DNA from: an uncultured SAR86 cluster bacterium
GTDB taxonomy: Bacteria; Pseudomonadota; Gammaproteobacteria; Magnimaribacterales; AG-339-G14
Assembly: GCA_902524805.1 (NCBI GenBank)
Contig: CABZES010000002.1
Coordinates: 29,528 to 93,527 of the forward strand
Length of the DNA: 64,000 bases
Reading direction: 5' to 3'
Part shown: positions 9,797 through 19,692 of the stretch, piece by piece
Position numbering within the stretch: position 1 is the stretch's first letter
Layout: every line of letters begins with the position of its first letter
Made by a program: the position numbers and the translations under genes
The notes under the pieces: generated by a model
What the model was told of the DNA's origin: nothing
Databases searched by the model: none
Seen by the model: only the letters and a program-made list of their open reading frames with translations

Positions 9797-10380
9797 GACT
9801 TCTTTTCAAGTTTGTAAATAGCAATCTCAGCAAATAAATTAGGAAAAAGATTGGATAAAAAAGTGCTATCTCCAGATGCCTTGATAAGTTTCTTCTCGGA
9901 TATGGCAATATTTGAATCTAAACACAAAGTTTCAAAATCTTTTAAAGAACATAAGTGCAGGTTTGGAGTCGAATACCATGAATGCGGCAACGCAGATGAA
10001 ACTGGCATTTTTCCAGTTATAAAAAGTTGCAATCTGCATTTAAGATTTGCAAAATTTGGAATACTAACAATGCATTCTTTCCCTATTCTTATTATTTCAG
10101 ATAAAGCTAGATCAGGCCTCTTTAAAGCTTGAATGGACTGACTCATTAGTACTAAATCAAAAGATTGATCTTCAAAATTACTAAGTCCTTGATCAATATC
10201 TTGTTCTATTACATTCAAACTTTTAGCTAAACTTAGCTGTATATTCTCTTCAGATATGTCAACGCCTAGCCCGTTTACATTTAACTCTTTTTTTAATTCA
10301 TAAAGCATTGAGCCATCCCCACAACCAAGATCGAGAATATGAGAATTTTTAGGAATCCATTTACTTACAATTTTATACAT
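9793..10380 (-). CDS. metW: Methionine biosynthesis protein MetW
   Basis: LDLGCGDG, PNF, GKMPVS and WYSTPNLH; follows metX. Confidence 0.93.
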   Translation of the reverse strand: MYKIVSKWIPKNSHILDLGCGDGSMLYELKKELNVNGLGVDISEENIQLSLAKSLNVIEQDIDQGLSNFEDQSFDLVLMSQSIQALKRPDLALSEIIRIGKECIVSIPNFANLKCRLQLFITGKMPVSSALPHSWYSTPNLHLCSLKDFETLCLDSNIAISEKKLIKASGDSTFLSNLFPNLFAEIAIYKLEKKS

Positions 10381-11479
10381 CTGATTTCAAAAAAGTTTTT
10401 ATCGTTTCAACATATCTTTCATTGGGAAATAAAAATCCATCATGTCCTTGAAAAGATTCAATATTCACGTAACTAACTGGTTTCTTAGCTGCTACCAGAG
10501 AGTTAACAATTTCTTTAGATCGCTTGGGCGAAAATCTCCAATCTGAAGAAAATGAGATTATTAGGAAATTTGCTTTTGTTTGTTCAAGACTGGCAATCAA
10601 ATTACCCTTGAAATATTTTGCTGGATCAAAATAATCTAATGCTTTAGTCATTAGTAAATAAGTATGAGCATCGAATTTATCTGAAAAATTATCCGCTTGA
10701 TATCTAAGATAACTTTCAACTTCAAACTCAACATCATAACCGTACTCAATTTTTTCTTTTTTTAAATCTCTATCAAACTTTTCTTTCATTACTTCTTCAG
10801 ATAAATAGGTGATATGACCTAACATTCTTGCTAGTCCTAAGCCTCTTTTAGGATGGTGTGTGCCTTTTTCAAAATCGGGATCATTAACAATTGCTTGTCT
10901 AGCTACCTCATTGAAGGCAATATTTTGAGCGCTTAATTTAGGAGCAGCGGCTATGACAATTGATTTAACCACTAAATCAGGATAATCAATTGCCCATTGC
11001 AAGGCTTGCATTCCGCCCAAACTTCCGCCAGCTACAGCAAGCCATCGATCGATATTTAAATGAGATCGCAATAAGTTTTGACTATTTATCCAATCTTTAA
11101 CTGTTACTAGAGGAAAATCTTTACCATATTTTTCATTATTATCAGGATTAACACTTGATGGGCCAGTTGATCCATGACATCCGCCTAAATTATTAAGTGA
11201 CACTACAAAATATTTTTTTGTATCAAATGCTTTTCCTGGCCCAATAAGTTCGTTCCACCATCCGGGCCTTCTATCGTTTTTATCACTTAATCCTGCTGCA
11301 TGATGGTTGCCACTTAAAGCATGACAGATCAAAATTGCATTATCTTTGTCTTTGGAAAGCTTGCCATACGTTTCATAAATTAGCTCAAAACCATCTAAAC
11401 TTTTTCCAGATTCAAGTGAAAATTTTTCTTTAAAAGAAAAAATTTTTGGCTCAATGACTCCAAGTTCAAATTCGTTCAT
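10373..11479 (-). CDS. metX: Homoserine O-acyltransferase MetX (acetyl- or succinyl-)
   Basis: CHALSGNHH, GGSLGGMQ, ARMLGHITY, SDWRF and GHDGFL. Confidence 0.95.
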   Translation of the reverse strand: MNEFELGVIEPKIFSFKEKFSLESGKSLDGFELIYETYGKLSKDKDNAILICHALSGNHHAAGLSDKNDRRPGWWNELIGPGKAFDTKKYFVVSLNNLGGCHGSTGPSSVNPDNNEKYGKDFPLVTVKDWINSQNLLRSHLNIDRWLAVAGGSLGGMQALQWAIDYPDLVVKSIVIAAAPKLSAQNIAFNEVARQAIVNDPDFEKGTHHPKRGLGLARMLGHITYLSEEVMKEKFDRDLKKEKIEYGYDVEFEVESYLRYQADNFSDKFDAHTYLLMTKALDYFDPAKYFKGNLIASLEQTKANFLIISFSSDWRFSPKRSKEIVNSLVAAKKPVSYVNIESFQGHDGFLFPNERYVETIKTFLKSDV

Positions 11480-12034
11480 TTAAAATAATACCGGTAAGTT
11501 CATAGTAAACCTTAAGTTATCTAAAATTCTATCTATTTGAATTAGTAGAAAAAAAACAATAATAGGAGAGAAATCCATCCCGCCAAATAAAGTAAGTCTT
11601 TGGAAGGGCTTCAAAAGAGGTTGAGTAATATTATGACAGATACTAAGAAAAGGATTATTAGAAGTCGGGGCCACCCAACTGCCAATTATTGAAATAAAAA
11701 GGGAGAATCTAAGAATCTGAGAAACTAAAAAAAAGAGGCTTAGGACAGACCATGAAACTGCATTAATAATATCAAAATCCATTTCTTTGCTTGAGCTGAA
11801 TAAATAAAATGACAAGAATTTAAGATCGATAATCCAAAAGACACAAGCTAAATCAATTCCAAAAAGAATTGGTAAAAATATTCTAAAAGGTCTACAAAAT
11901 GGGTCCAATGTTGAAAAAGATATTTTTACAATTGGGTTTAGAAAGCTAATTTCAAAAAATCTAAACAACAAGTAAAAAGAGAAAACTATTGCTAATAAAT
12001 TCGTCAAAATTGAGGAAACATAAAGAGGATCCAT
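11480..12034 (-). CDS. yggT: YggT family membrane protein
   Basis: Two YGGT repeats (NPI...GIDLA; SWV..NP..TQPLLKP..GMDFSPI); conserved position after proC. Confidence 0.88.
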   Translation of the reverse strand: MDPLYVSSILTNLLAIVFSFYLLFRFFEISFLNPIVKISFSTLDPFCRPFRIFLPILFGIDLACVFWIIDLKFLSFYLFSSSKEMDFDIINAVSWSVLSLFFLVSQILRFSLFISIIGSWVAPTSNNPFLSICHNITQPLLKPFQRLTLFGGMDFSPIIVFFLLIQIDRILDNLRFTMNLPVLF

Positions 12035-12036
12035 TT

Positions 12037-12819
12037 TTAATCTCCTAATGCCTTTGATTTAATAATTGCATCATTTATTGCCTGATTCCAAATATTTTCT
12101 ATTCCTTCTTCGTTTATTTTATTTAAAGCTGCTTCAGTTACTCCTCCTTTTGAAGCAACCATATCGACTATTTTTTTAAAACTATTATTCTTATCAGATT
12201 TATGAATATGAGATGTACCATCTAAGATTTCTCTGATCCATGGCTCTGGTTCTTCAAAGCCATGCTCTTTGGCAATTTTAGCCAAAGTATTGGATAAATG
12301 ACTTATGAAAGCTGGACCAGCTCCAAATATAGAAGTGAAAGCATCAAATTTATCTTCTTCGATTCTTAAACAACTGCCCAATTTTTCAAGAATATCTAAG
12401 GCATTGTTATCATTAGTATTCATTTCAGTATAGAAAGCTATTGGACTAGAGCCACTACTGATACCAAGCGTGGGCATAGCTCTTAGAATATATTTGTAGT
12501 CACCTAAAAAAGATTTTAAATTGTTAAATTTTAATCCAGCCACAAAGGAGATTATTAACTGAGAAGATAAGATATTTTTTAGTTGGTTCGCCACTTCTTG
12601 AACTTTATTAGGTTTTACAGATAAAAAAATTACTTCCGAGTTTTTTACTAAGACGTCTAAATCTGTATAAATAGCCCCCAGGTCAATTATTTTTTGGTTT
12701 TCAGATGGATCACTTACGAAAATAGTAAACTCATTAGCTAATTTTTCAATTGCATGTCTGCCTAAATTTCCCGCTCCTATAAAGCCTATTGTCTTAATTC
12801 CTTTAATTTCTTTCACCAA
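12037..12819 (-). CDS. proC: Pyrroline-5-carboxylate reductase
   Basis: GFIGAGNLG, VKP, RAMP, GAGPA and VASKGGVT. The start may be 12819 or 12816. Confidence 0.92.
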   Translation of the reverse strand: MVKEIKGIKTIGFIGAGNLGRHAIEKLANEFTIFVSDPSENQKIIDLGAIYTDLDVLVKNSEVIFLSVKPNKVQEVANQLKNILSSQLIISFVAGLKFNNLKSFLGDYKYILRAMPTLGISSGSSPIAFYTEMNTNDNNALDILEKLGSCLRIEEDKFDAFTSIFGAGPAFISHLSNTLAKIAKEHGFEEPEPWIREILDGTSHIHKSDKNNSFKKIVDMVASKGGVTEAALNKINEEGIENIWNQAINDAIIKSKALGD

Positions 12820-13453
12820 ATATTCCTGTGCCTATTCTAACCATTGTAGATCCATTTTTAATTGCCAATTCAAAATCATTGCTCATTCCCATAGAAATTT
12901 CATTCGCTTCAGAAAATTTATTTCTAAGTTTTTTTGAAATTTCCAAAGTTTTTTTAAAAGATTCTTCAGTTAAATTATTTTCTAAGTTGTTTTTAGGTAT
13001 CACCATTATCCCTTTTAATTTCAAATTTGGTAAAACGGAAATTTTTTCAGCTAAATCAAATAGCTGACATTCATTAATGCCGCTCTTGCTCTCTTCATTA
13101 TCTATATTAATTTGAATGAGAACATTTATGATCTTATTTAAGGGGCAGTCATCATTTAAGCGTTTTGCAACCTTAAATCTGTCGATTGTATGTACCCATT
13201 GAAAGTTTCTAGCTATGTCTTTACATTTATTAGACTGAATTTTTCCAATAAAGTGCCAATTAATATCCAAGTGATTTAAAGAGATTATTTTTTGTAAAGC
13301 TTCTTGCAAATAATTTTCACCAAAATTTTTGATTCCTAATAGGTAAGCTTGCTCAACTAACTCTGCAGATTTTTTTTTACTAACTGCAATAATTGAAGTT
13401 TTATTTTCAATTTTTTTAATTAATAAAGAAATGTTTTCTTCAATATTAATCAC
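12803..13453 (-). CDS. yggS: PLP homeostasis protein YggS
   Basis: IAVSK, FGENYLQE, WHFIGKIQSNK, SMGMSND and VRIGTGIFG. Confidence 0.95.
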   Translation of the reverse strand: MINIEENISLLIKKIENKTSIIAVSKKKSAELVEQAYLLGIKNFGENYLQEALQKIISLNHLDINWHFIGKIQSNKCKDIARNFQWVHTIDRFKVAKRLNDDCPLNKIINVLIQINIDNEESKSGINECQLFDLAEKISVLPNLKLKGIMVIPKNNLENNLTEESFKKTLEISKKLRNKFSEANEISMGMSNDFELAIKNGSTMVRIGTGIFGERN

Positions 13454-15108
13454 TACATTTTTTCTGGAGTTTCTATCATCAAAACATCCATCCCACTTTT
13501 TATAGTTTTTTTAACTGCTAACAATAAGGTAAATTTTGCATTTCTTTTGTTTTCTTCGTCGTCAATAATTATTTCAGAATTATAATAAGAGTGAAATTTC
13601 GACGCTAAGTCTCTTAGATAAAAACAAATAGGGTGTACTTCATAATTTTTATTACATTGTTCAATAATAATTTTGTAATTTTCTAAAAAAGAAATAATCT
13701 CTAATTCAGATTTTTTATTTAAAAGATCTAAATTATTAATTCCATCTTTGATATTAAAATTCATTTTTCTTTCTTTTAATTCTTTTTCTAAACTACATAT
13801 TCTTGCAAAAGCGTATTGGATGTAATAAACAGGATTATTCTTGTCTTCGCTTATTGCTAAATCCATATCAAAATCTAAAGCTTGGTCGCTTTTTTTTGCT
13901 AAATAAAAAAATCTTGCAGCATCTACTCCTACTTCTTCGATAAGTTCATCTAAAGTAACAAAATCACCAGCTCTAGTTGACATAGAGGTCTTCTGACCTT
14001 TTTTAACCAAAGACACAAACTGAATAAAAAACGTTTTAAGTTTTTCAGATTTTAGTTTCAGAGCCTTAATAGAAGCTATTATTCTTGGGAGATAGCCATG
14101 ATGATCTGACCCCCAGATATTAATTATTTCGTCATAACCTCTATCGAATTTGTCTTTATGGTATGCAATGTCGGATAAAAAATACGTTTCCTTATCGTCT
14201 GATCTTATGAGAACTCGGTCTTTATCATCTCCAAACTGAGTTGATTTAAACCAAATTGCTCCTTCATTTTTAAACGAATATTCTTTTTCTAAATCTTTTA
14301 GCACTTTTTGAATTTTATTTTGATTCGAGCCAAGTTCCTTATACAAAGAGCTTTCTGAATAAAAAGAATCAAAATTTACTTTAAATTCTTCTAAAGTCAT
14401 TTTAATATTTTTCATCATTTCTTTAATTATTAGATCAATAAATTTCTTTTCATCCTTTAATTCAATGTAAGTGTCATTTTCTCGATTTTTAATTTTTGTA
14501 GCCAACTCATCAATGTATTCACCCTTATAAAAATTAGCATCGTTAATTTTCGAAGTATCTATTTTAAATTTTTCTAAATATTTTTTATGAACGCTATCAG
14601 CTAGAATTTTTGTTTGAAGACCTTGGTCATTAACGTAATATTCTTGTAAAACATCGTTTCCAGATTTTTTTAATAAGTTACTCAAAGATGAGCCTAAAGC
14701 AGCTCCTCTGCCATGTCCGACATGGAGAGGTCCAGTAGGATTTGAAGAAACGTATTCAATCAAAATATTTTTTTTTGTTTTTTCTTGAAAAGGATAAAAA
14801 GATCCTTCGCTTTTAACCAAATCCTTCAAATAATTTAAATTAGCTAGATTGGTAAGAAAAAAATTTATAAATCCAGGACCTGCTAATTCAACTTTTTCTA
14901 TCCATTTTTTATCAGGCAAAGAGCTGATAATTTTTTTGGCTAACTCTTTTGGATTTTCTTGAAGTTCTTTTGCTAAAATCATTGCAATGTTAGTACTCCA
15001 ATCACCATGAACTTCAGATTTAGTCTTTACTATTTCTGGAATCAAATCACCTCTATCAAAAAGGTCATCAATTACAGCTTTTAACAGATCACTGAGTTTT
15101 TCTTTCAT
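13453..15108 (-). CDS. argS: Arginine--tRNA ligase
   Basis: EYVSSNPTGPLHVGHGR, DDKDRV, MSTRAG and NPVYYIQYA. Confidence 0.97.
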   Translation of the reverse strand: MKEKLSDLLKAVIDDLFDRGDLIPEIVKTKSEVHGDWSTNIAMILAKELQENPKELAKKIISSLPDKKWIEKVELAGPGFINFFLTNLANLNYLKDLVKSEGSFYPFQEKTKKNILIEYVSSNPTGPLHVGHGRGAALGSSLSNLLKKSGNDVLQEYYVNDQGLQTKILADSVHKKYLEKFKIDTSKINDANFYKGEYIDELATKIKNRENDTYIELKDEKKFIDLIIKEMMKNIKMTLEEFKVNFDSFYSESSLYKELGSNQNKIQKVLKDLEKEYSFKNEGAIWFKSTQFGDDKDRVLIRSDDKETYFLSDIAYHKDKFDRGYDEIINIWGSDHHGYLPRIIASIKALKLKSEKLKTFFIQFVSLVKKGQKTSMSTRAGDFVTLDELIEEVGVDAARFFYLAKKSDQALDFDMDLAISEDKNNPVYYIQYAFARICSLEKELKERKMNFNIKDGINNLDLLNKKSELEIISFLENYKIIIEQCNKNYEVHPICFYLRDLASKFHSYYNSEIIIDDEENKRNAKFTLLLAVKKTIKSGMDVLMIETPEKM

Positions 15109-15674
15109 TTATTGACTCGGTTTTGATATTCATTAGTTCGAGTATCTACTTTTATGAAATCTCCTTCTTCAATAAACAAAGGAACTTTTATTTCTAAGCC
15201 ATTGGATAATTTTGCAGATTTGAGAGTATTAGTTGATGTATCTCCTTTAAACCCAGGCTCTGTCTCTGAAATATCTATTTCAGCAAAAGTATCAATTTCA
15301 ACAGTGACAAGAGTGTTTTCCCACATGGCAATTTCATAAGTTTTTCCTTCTTTGATCCATAAACTTTTAGAGCCTAAAAGATCTAAATCAAAGCCAATTT
15401 GCTCATAGTTTTTTAAATTCATAAAGATAGCATTATTTCCTTCTTTATAGAGATATTGCATTTCAAGAGAAGATATATCAGCCTTTTCAATAGATTCTCC
15501 AGTTTTAAAGGTTTTATCTAACACACGGCCGCTAACAAGAGACTTATACTTAACTCGCATAACTGCTTGACCTTTTCCAGGTTTATGAAAATCATTTTCT
15601 ATAATTTCACATAGTTCATTATCAATAATAACTTTTAAACCAGGTCTAAATTCATTAGTACTTACTTCGGCCAT
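15105..15674 (-). CDS. efp: Translation elongation factor P
   Basis: KPGKGQA (Lys34 type), PGFKGDT, VPLFI and KVDTR. Confidence 0.96.
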   Translation of the reverse strand: MAEVSTNEFRPGLKVIIDNELCEIIENDFHKPGKGQAVMRVKYKSLVSGRVLDKTFKTGESIEKADISSLEMQYLYKEGNNAIFMNLKNYEQIGFDLDLLGSKSLWIKEGKTYEIAMWENTLVTVEIDTFAEIDISETEPGFKGDTSTNTLKSAKLSNGLEIKVPLFIEEGDFIKVDTRTNEYQNRVNK

Positions 15675-15728
15675 TCATACTCCATATATTCTTTGCCATT
15701 AAATATAAACTATGTTTAAAGAAGGAAA

Positions 15729-15780
15729 TACTTTAAGTTGCAAATATTTTTATTAAAACTTAAAGTAACGCTCTAAGTTT
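15729..15780. promoter_or_regulatory. Perfect 11-bp inverted repeat plus a third half-site, overlapping a candidate sigma-70 promoter of the TonB operon
   Basis: TACTTTAAGTT (15729-15739) and AACTTAAAGTA (15757-15767); CTCTAAGTTT (15771-15780) matches the middle arm 9/10; TTGCAA-N17-TAAAGT at 15738-15766. Confidence 0.45.
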
Positions 15781-15864
15781 GTAGTTTATTAAACGAAATT
15801 CTAGTTTTATTGGTTTTTTTTTGCTCAAAAAAAATCTAAAATATTTTTATATTTAGGGGATCTT

Positions 15865-16626
15865 ATGTCAAAAAACTTATCCAAAATTATTTTACTTTTA
15901 ATAGTAGCTTTTTCTCTCTCAACATATTCACAATTAGACTCTGTTTTAGAAACAAACAAAGAGAGAACAACAGCTGCTACGGCATCACAAGCTAAAATAG
16001 ATTCAACTCAAATAAAAACCGATAAAGCTTCAACAGAATATAAAAGTGTTAGTAAGCAGATAGAGGGATTAAAAGTCTATAACGCTCAAAAAAGAAAACA
16101 AATTAAAAGACAAAAAGAGCGCATGAAAGAAATTGAAAAAACTATGAAATACGCATCAGTTTTGCAAAGACAAATTCCCCCTTTAGCAAGAAGAATGCAT
16201 GCTGGATTAGAACAGTTCGTATCGCTCGATTTACCATTTAATTCTGGTGAAAGAACAGAGCGAATGAAATTTATTAAAGATGCTCTAGATAACCCAACAG
16301 TTTCTCCAGCAGAAAAATTAAGACAAGTCTTAGAAGGGTTCAACATTGAAGCTGAATATGGAAGAAAAATAGATACTTATAAAGACACAGTTCTTATTGA
16401 TGATCAAGAAAGAGATGTAAACATTCTCAGGATTGGAAGATTGGTTCTTGCATACCAAACTTCAGATCTTGACGAGACTGGAATATGGAATAAAGAAACA
16501 CAATCTTGGGAGAGTCTTCCAGGAAGATACAGAGGTGTTGTAAGAGACGGCATTAGTATGGCTAACAAATTAAAAACTGTAGATATGCTTGAACTGCCTG
16601 TTCCTGCTGCTGAGATTGTGCAATGA
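15865..16626 (+). CDS. DUF3450 family periplasmic protein (TtpB-like)
   Basis: Signal peptide, coiled coil, DLPF...ER, AEKLRQVLE...EYGR and LRIGRL; first gene of a TonB2-type operon. Confidence 0.88.
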   Translation: MSKNLSKIILLLIVAFSLSTYSQLDSVLETNKERTTAATASQAKIDSTQIKTDKASTEYKSVSKQIEGLKVYNAQKRKQIKRQKERMKEIEKTMKYASVLQRQIPPLARRMHAGLEQFVSLDLPFNSGERTERMKFIKDALDNPTVSPAEKLRQVLEGFNIEAEYGRKIDTYKDTVLIDDQERDVNILRIGRLVLAYQTSDLDETGIWNKETQSWESLPGRYRGVVRDGISMANKLKTVDMLELPVPAAEIVQ

Positions 16627-18020
16627 AAAATTTATTTATAAAAATTCTTCTAGGTGCAATCCTTTCTTTCTCTTCTTTTGCTTTAGTTGGTCAAGAAGAA
16701 GCTCCTCAATCGCAGGCTTTGACTTTGGATGAGCTTTTAGAATTAGTTAAGGCAGGAAAATTTGCCGAAAATGAAGAAGCTACTAAACGAGAAAATAGAT
16801 TTAATAAAGAAAAAAATAGACAACAAACTCTTTTAGCTAATGCTAAAGCAGAAAGAGCAAAACTAGAAGCTATAGCAACCTCTTTGGAAGCAACTTTTGA
16901 GGCCAACGATGCAAAATTAAATCTTCTTGAAGATCAACTAAAAACTAGATTAGGTTCTCTTTATGAGACTTTTGGGCATTTACAAGGAGTGGCATCAGAT
17001 ACGGAAGATTATTTTAAAACTGCTATTACCTCTGGACAATTTGGAAAGGACCGTGAAGTTTTCTTAAAAGATCTGGCAAAGAAGATGGGAGAGGGAGTTA
17101 GCGTTGCAACAATTGAAGAAATTGAACAACTTTGGTACGAATTATCCAGAGAGTTAGTTGCTTCAGGAAGTGTCGAAAGATTTGAAGCAACAGTCATAGA
17201 TAATGACGGAGAATCGTCAATAGAAGATGTTGTGAGAATAGGTAACTTCAATGCCGTTGCTGAGGGTCAATACCTAACATATCTTTCAAAGAGAGGAGCC
17301 TATGAAACTTTACCCAAACAACCAGGAAGATACTTAGATGGAACTTATGATATCTTTGATGAAGACTCTGGTTTTGTCCAATTTGCAGTTGATCCTACAG
17401 GTCCTCAAGGAGGAGCATTATTAGTAAACTTGATTTCCTTACCTTCATTTTTTGAACAAATTCAATATGGTAGGATTACTGGATACACTATTATTTTATT
17501 ATTCTTTATAGCTATTGGAGTCTTTGGCTGGCGTTTTTATGCCTTATTTACAATTAATGGCAATGTTAAAAAACAAGCAGCTGGAGAGTCTGCAGTAGAT
17601 AATCCTCTATCAAGAATATTCTCAGTTGCTGATCAAAATAAGACAGATACCGAAACTTTAGAGCTGAAACTAGCAGAACAAATTTTAATTGAAAGAGCTG
17701 AGATAGATCAATATATTTGGGTAGTAAGGCTAATAGCAGTTATTTCACCATTACTTGGTTTATTTGGAACCATTATTGGAATGATCAATACTTTCCAAGC
17801 TATAACATTGTTCGGTACAGGCGATCCAAAAACTATGGCTGGAGGAATTTCTGAAGCCTTAGTAACAACAATGCTAGGTTTAATGTGTGCTATACCTGCA
17901 ACTTTTATGGCAGCGGCTTTATCTAACTATTCCAAAGGAATACTAGCTGTTCTAGAAGAGCAAAGCACAGGAATGGTTGCTGCTAGAGCAGAAGAAACAA
18001 ATAGCGGTGAAGCTCTTTAG
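16623..18020 (+). CDS. TtpC-like MotA/TolQ/ExbB proton channel protein with a large periplasmic N-domain
   Basis: VVRIGNF, VDPTG, PLLGLFGTIIGMINTF, GDPKTMAGGISEALVTT. Confidence 0.9.
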   Translation: MKNLFIKILLGAILSFSSFALVGQEEAPQSQALTLDELLELVKAGKFAENEEATKRENRFNKEKNRQQTLLANAKAERAKLEAIATSLEATFEANDAKLNLLEDQLKTRLGSLYETFGHLQGVASDTEDYFKTAITSGQFGKDREVFLKDLAKKMGEGVSVATIEEIEQLWYELSRELVASGSVERFEATVIDNDGESSIEDVVRIGNFNAVAEGQYLTYLSKRGAYETLPKQPGRYLDGTYDIFDEDSGFVQFAVDPTGPQGGALLVNLISLPSFFEQIQYGRITGYTIILLFFIAIGVFGWRFYALFTINGNVKKQAAGESAVDNPLSRIFSVADQNKTDTETLELKLAEQILIERAEIDQYIWVVRLIAVISPLLGLFGTIIGMINTFQAITLFGTGDPKTMAGGISEALVTTMLGLMCAIPATFMAAALSNYSKGILAVLEEQSTGMVAARAEETNSGEAL

Positions 18021-18027
18021 ATAACTT

Positions 18028-18552
18028 ATGAGTTGGTTTTTTAATCTTCAAGATACACTTTTCTCTTTTTTAGAAAAAGGCGGAGGAGTAGTTTTAATAA
18101 TAAGCTTACTTGTAGTCATGATGTGGTTTTTCATTTTTGAGAGAATCTGGTATTTTAAATTTATTCATCCTGCGGTTGAGAAAGAAACTATAGATGAGTG
18201 GTCAAAAGTCTCAGAACATAAATCCTGGAAAGGCCATGTTATTAGATCAATGCTTATTTCAAAAGCAAATCTTAAAATTAAAAATAACCTCGAATTGATT
18301 AGAGTAAGCATAGCAATTGCACCTTTATTAGGGCTCTTTGGAACTATTGTCGGAATGATAGAAGTATTTCACATTCTTGCTGTAACCGGAGGAGGAGATG
18401 CTAAAGCAATGGCTGGAGGAGTCGCTAGATCTACAATTCCAGCAATGGCAGGTCTAATGGCTGCTATCCCCGCAAGTATTGCAGCCAGATGGCTGGAGCA
18501 AAATGCAAAGAAAAAATCAGATTTGGTGTCAGAACATTTAACATACGAGTGA
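18028..18552 (+). CDS. exbB: ExbB/MotA/TolQ proton channel protein
   Basis: APLLGLFGTIVGMIEVF and MAGGV. Confidence 0.9.
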   Translation: MSWFFNLQDTLFSFLEKGGGVVLIISLLVVMMWFFIFERIWYFKFIHPAVEKETIDEWSKVSEHKSWKGHVIRSMLISKANLKIKNNLELIRVSIAIAPLLGLFGTIVGMIEVFHILAVTGGGDAKAMAGGVARSTIPAMAGLMAAIPASIAARWLEQNAKKKSDLVSEHLTYE

Positions 18553-18559
18553 AAAAGAA

Positions 18560-18970
18560 ATGAGAAGATCGTTAATTAGTCAAGCAGTAGAAGAAGCAGA
18601 AGAGCCAAATATTACTCCTATGTTGGATGTAGTCTTTATTTTATTAATTTTTTTCATCGTTACAGCAAATTTTATAAAAGATCCTGGATTGGAAATTAAT
18701 AGACCTGATTCCGAAACGGCTGAAATCACTGAAAATGCTGCTATTTTGATTGCAATAGGGCCAGCAGGTGAAATTTATATGGATGGAAGAAGAATAGATG
18801 TTCGTCAGGTAAAAGCAAACGTCATACGGTTGATGGCAGAAAATCCTCAAGGGGCAGTTGTAATGCAAGCTGATAAAAAAGCTACCGCTGAAAAAATAAT
18901 TGCGGTTATGGATGAAGTTAGAGAAGCTGGCGTTATTGATATTTCAATTGCTTCAGAACCTAATTTCTAA
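18560..18970 (+). CDS. exbD: Biopolymer transport protein ExbD
   Basis: NITPMLDVVFILLIFFIVTA; QAD...VMD. Confidence 0.93.
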   Translation: MRRSLISQAVEEAEEPNITPMLDVVFILLIFFIVTANFIKDPGLEINRPDSETAEITENAAILIAIGPAGEIYMDGRRIDVRQVKANVIRLMAENPQGAVVMQADKKATAEKIIAVMDEVREAGVIDISIASEPNF

Positions 18971-19692
18971 TGATACAAAACTTCATAAACTTTTTAAAAA
19001 AAATAATTCCAATCGATTTGGATTCGATGGTTTTAGAATCAACTGAAAACGAGTCCAACGTTTATCAGAAATATGGCATGGCAGCAGCAGCAGGCACTGC
19101 AGTCGCTTTATTCTCTTTATTTTTAATGGCTTTTCTAATCGCAACAGGCGAAGTTCAGCTAGATGAAATTAAAACAAGAAAAATTGTTGATATCGTAATG
19201 CCACAAAGAGATCCGGAATTACTTGATAGTGTAGAAAGACCAGAAGAAGCTGAACCTGAGCCAGATCAGACACCACCTGAGGTAGATATAGAAAATATAG
19301 ATGATGTATTGGATGATGCTCTTAATCTCAATTTTAAGTTTAAAGCTAAAAGACAAGGAGTCTTTGCAGATGGATCTTATGTTCCAATTTTTCAAGTTCC
19401 ACCTCAATACCCTAGAAGAGCTATGGAAAGAGGTATAGAGGGCTGCGTCCTTCTAGAATACACAGTCACTATAGCGGGAGCTGTTTCTGATCCAGTAGTT
19501 ATAAAAGCTATTCCGCCAAATATGTTTGATAGAGCTGCAACAAGAGCAGCACTAAGATATAAATATAAACCTTTAATTAGAGATGGAGTTGCAGTCCCTG
19601 TAGAAGGTGTTAGACAAAGGATTACTTTTGTTTTAGAGTCAGAAGAAAAAGGTCCGGGATATATTCCTGCAAACTGTGTAGGTCAAATGTAA
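18970..19692 (+). CDS. tonB: Energy transducer TonB
   Basis: Single TM, Pro/Glu linker, C-terminal PQYPRRAMERGIEG...KYKP. Confidence 0.92.
   Translation: MIQNFINFLKKIIPIDLDSMVLESTENESNVYQKYGMAAAAGTAVALFSLFLMAFLIATGEVQLDEIKTRKIVDIVMPQRDPELLDSVERPEEAEPEPDQTPPEVDIENIDDVLDDALNLNFKFKAKRQGVFADGSYVPIFQVPPQYPRRAMERGIEGCVLLEYTVTIAGAVSDPVVIKAIPPNMFDRAATRAALRYKYKPLIRDGVAVPVEGVRQRITFVLESEEKGPGYIPANCVGQM

Noticed and set aside
15811-15835. T-run/A-run (TTTTTTTTTT-GCTC-AAAAAAAA) hairpin-like feature before the TonB operon
   Set aside because: It would be an A-U-only stem, expected by chance at this base composition.
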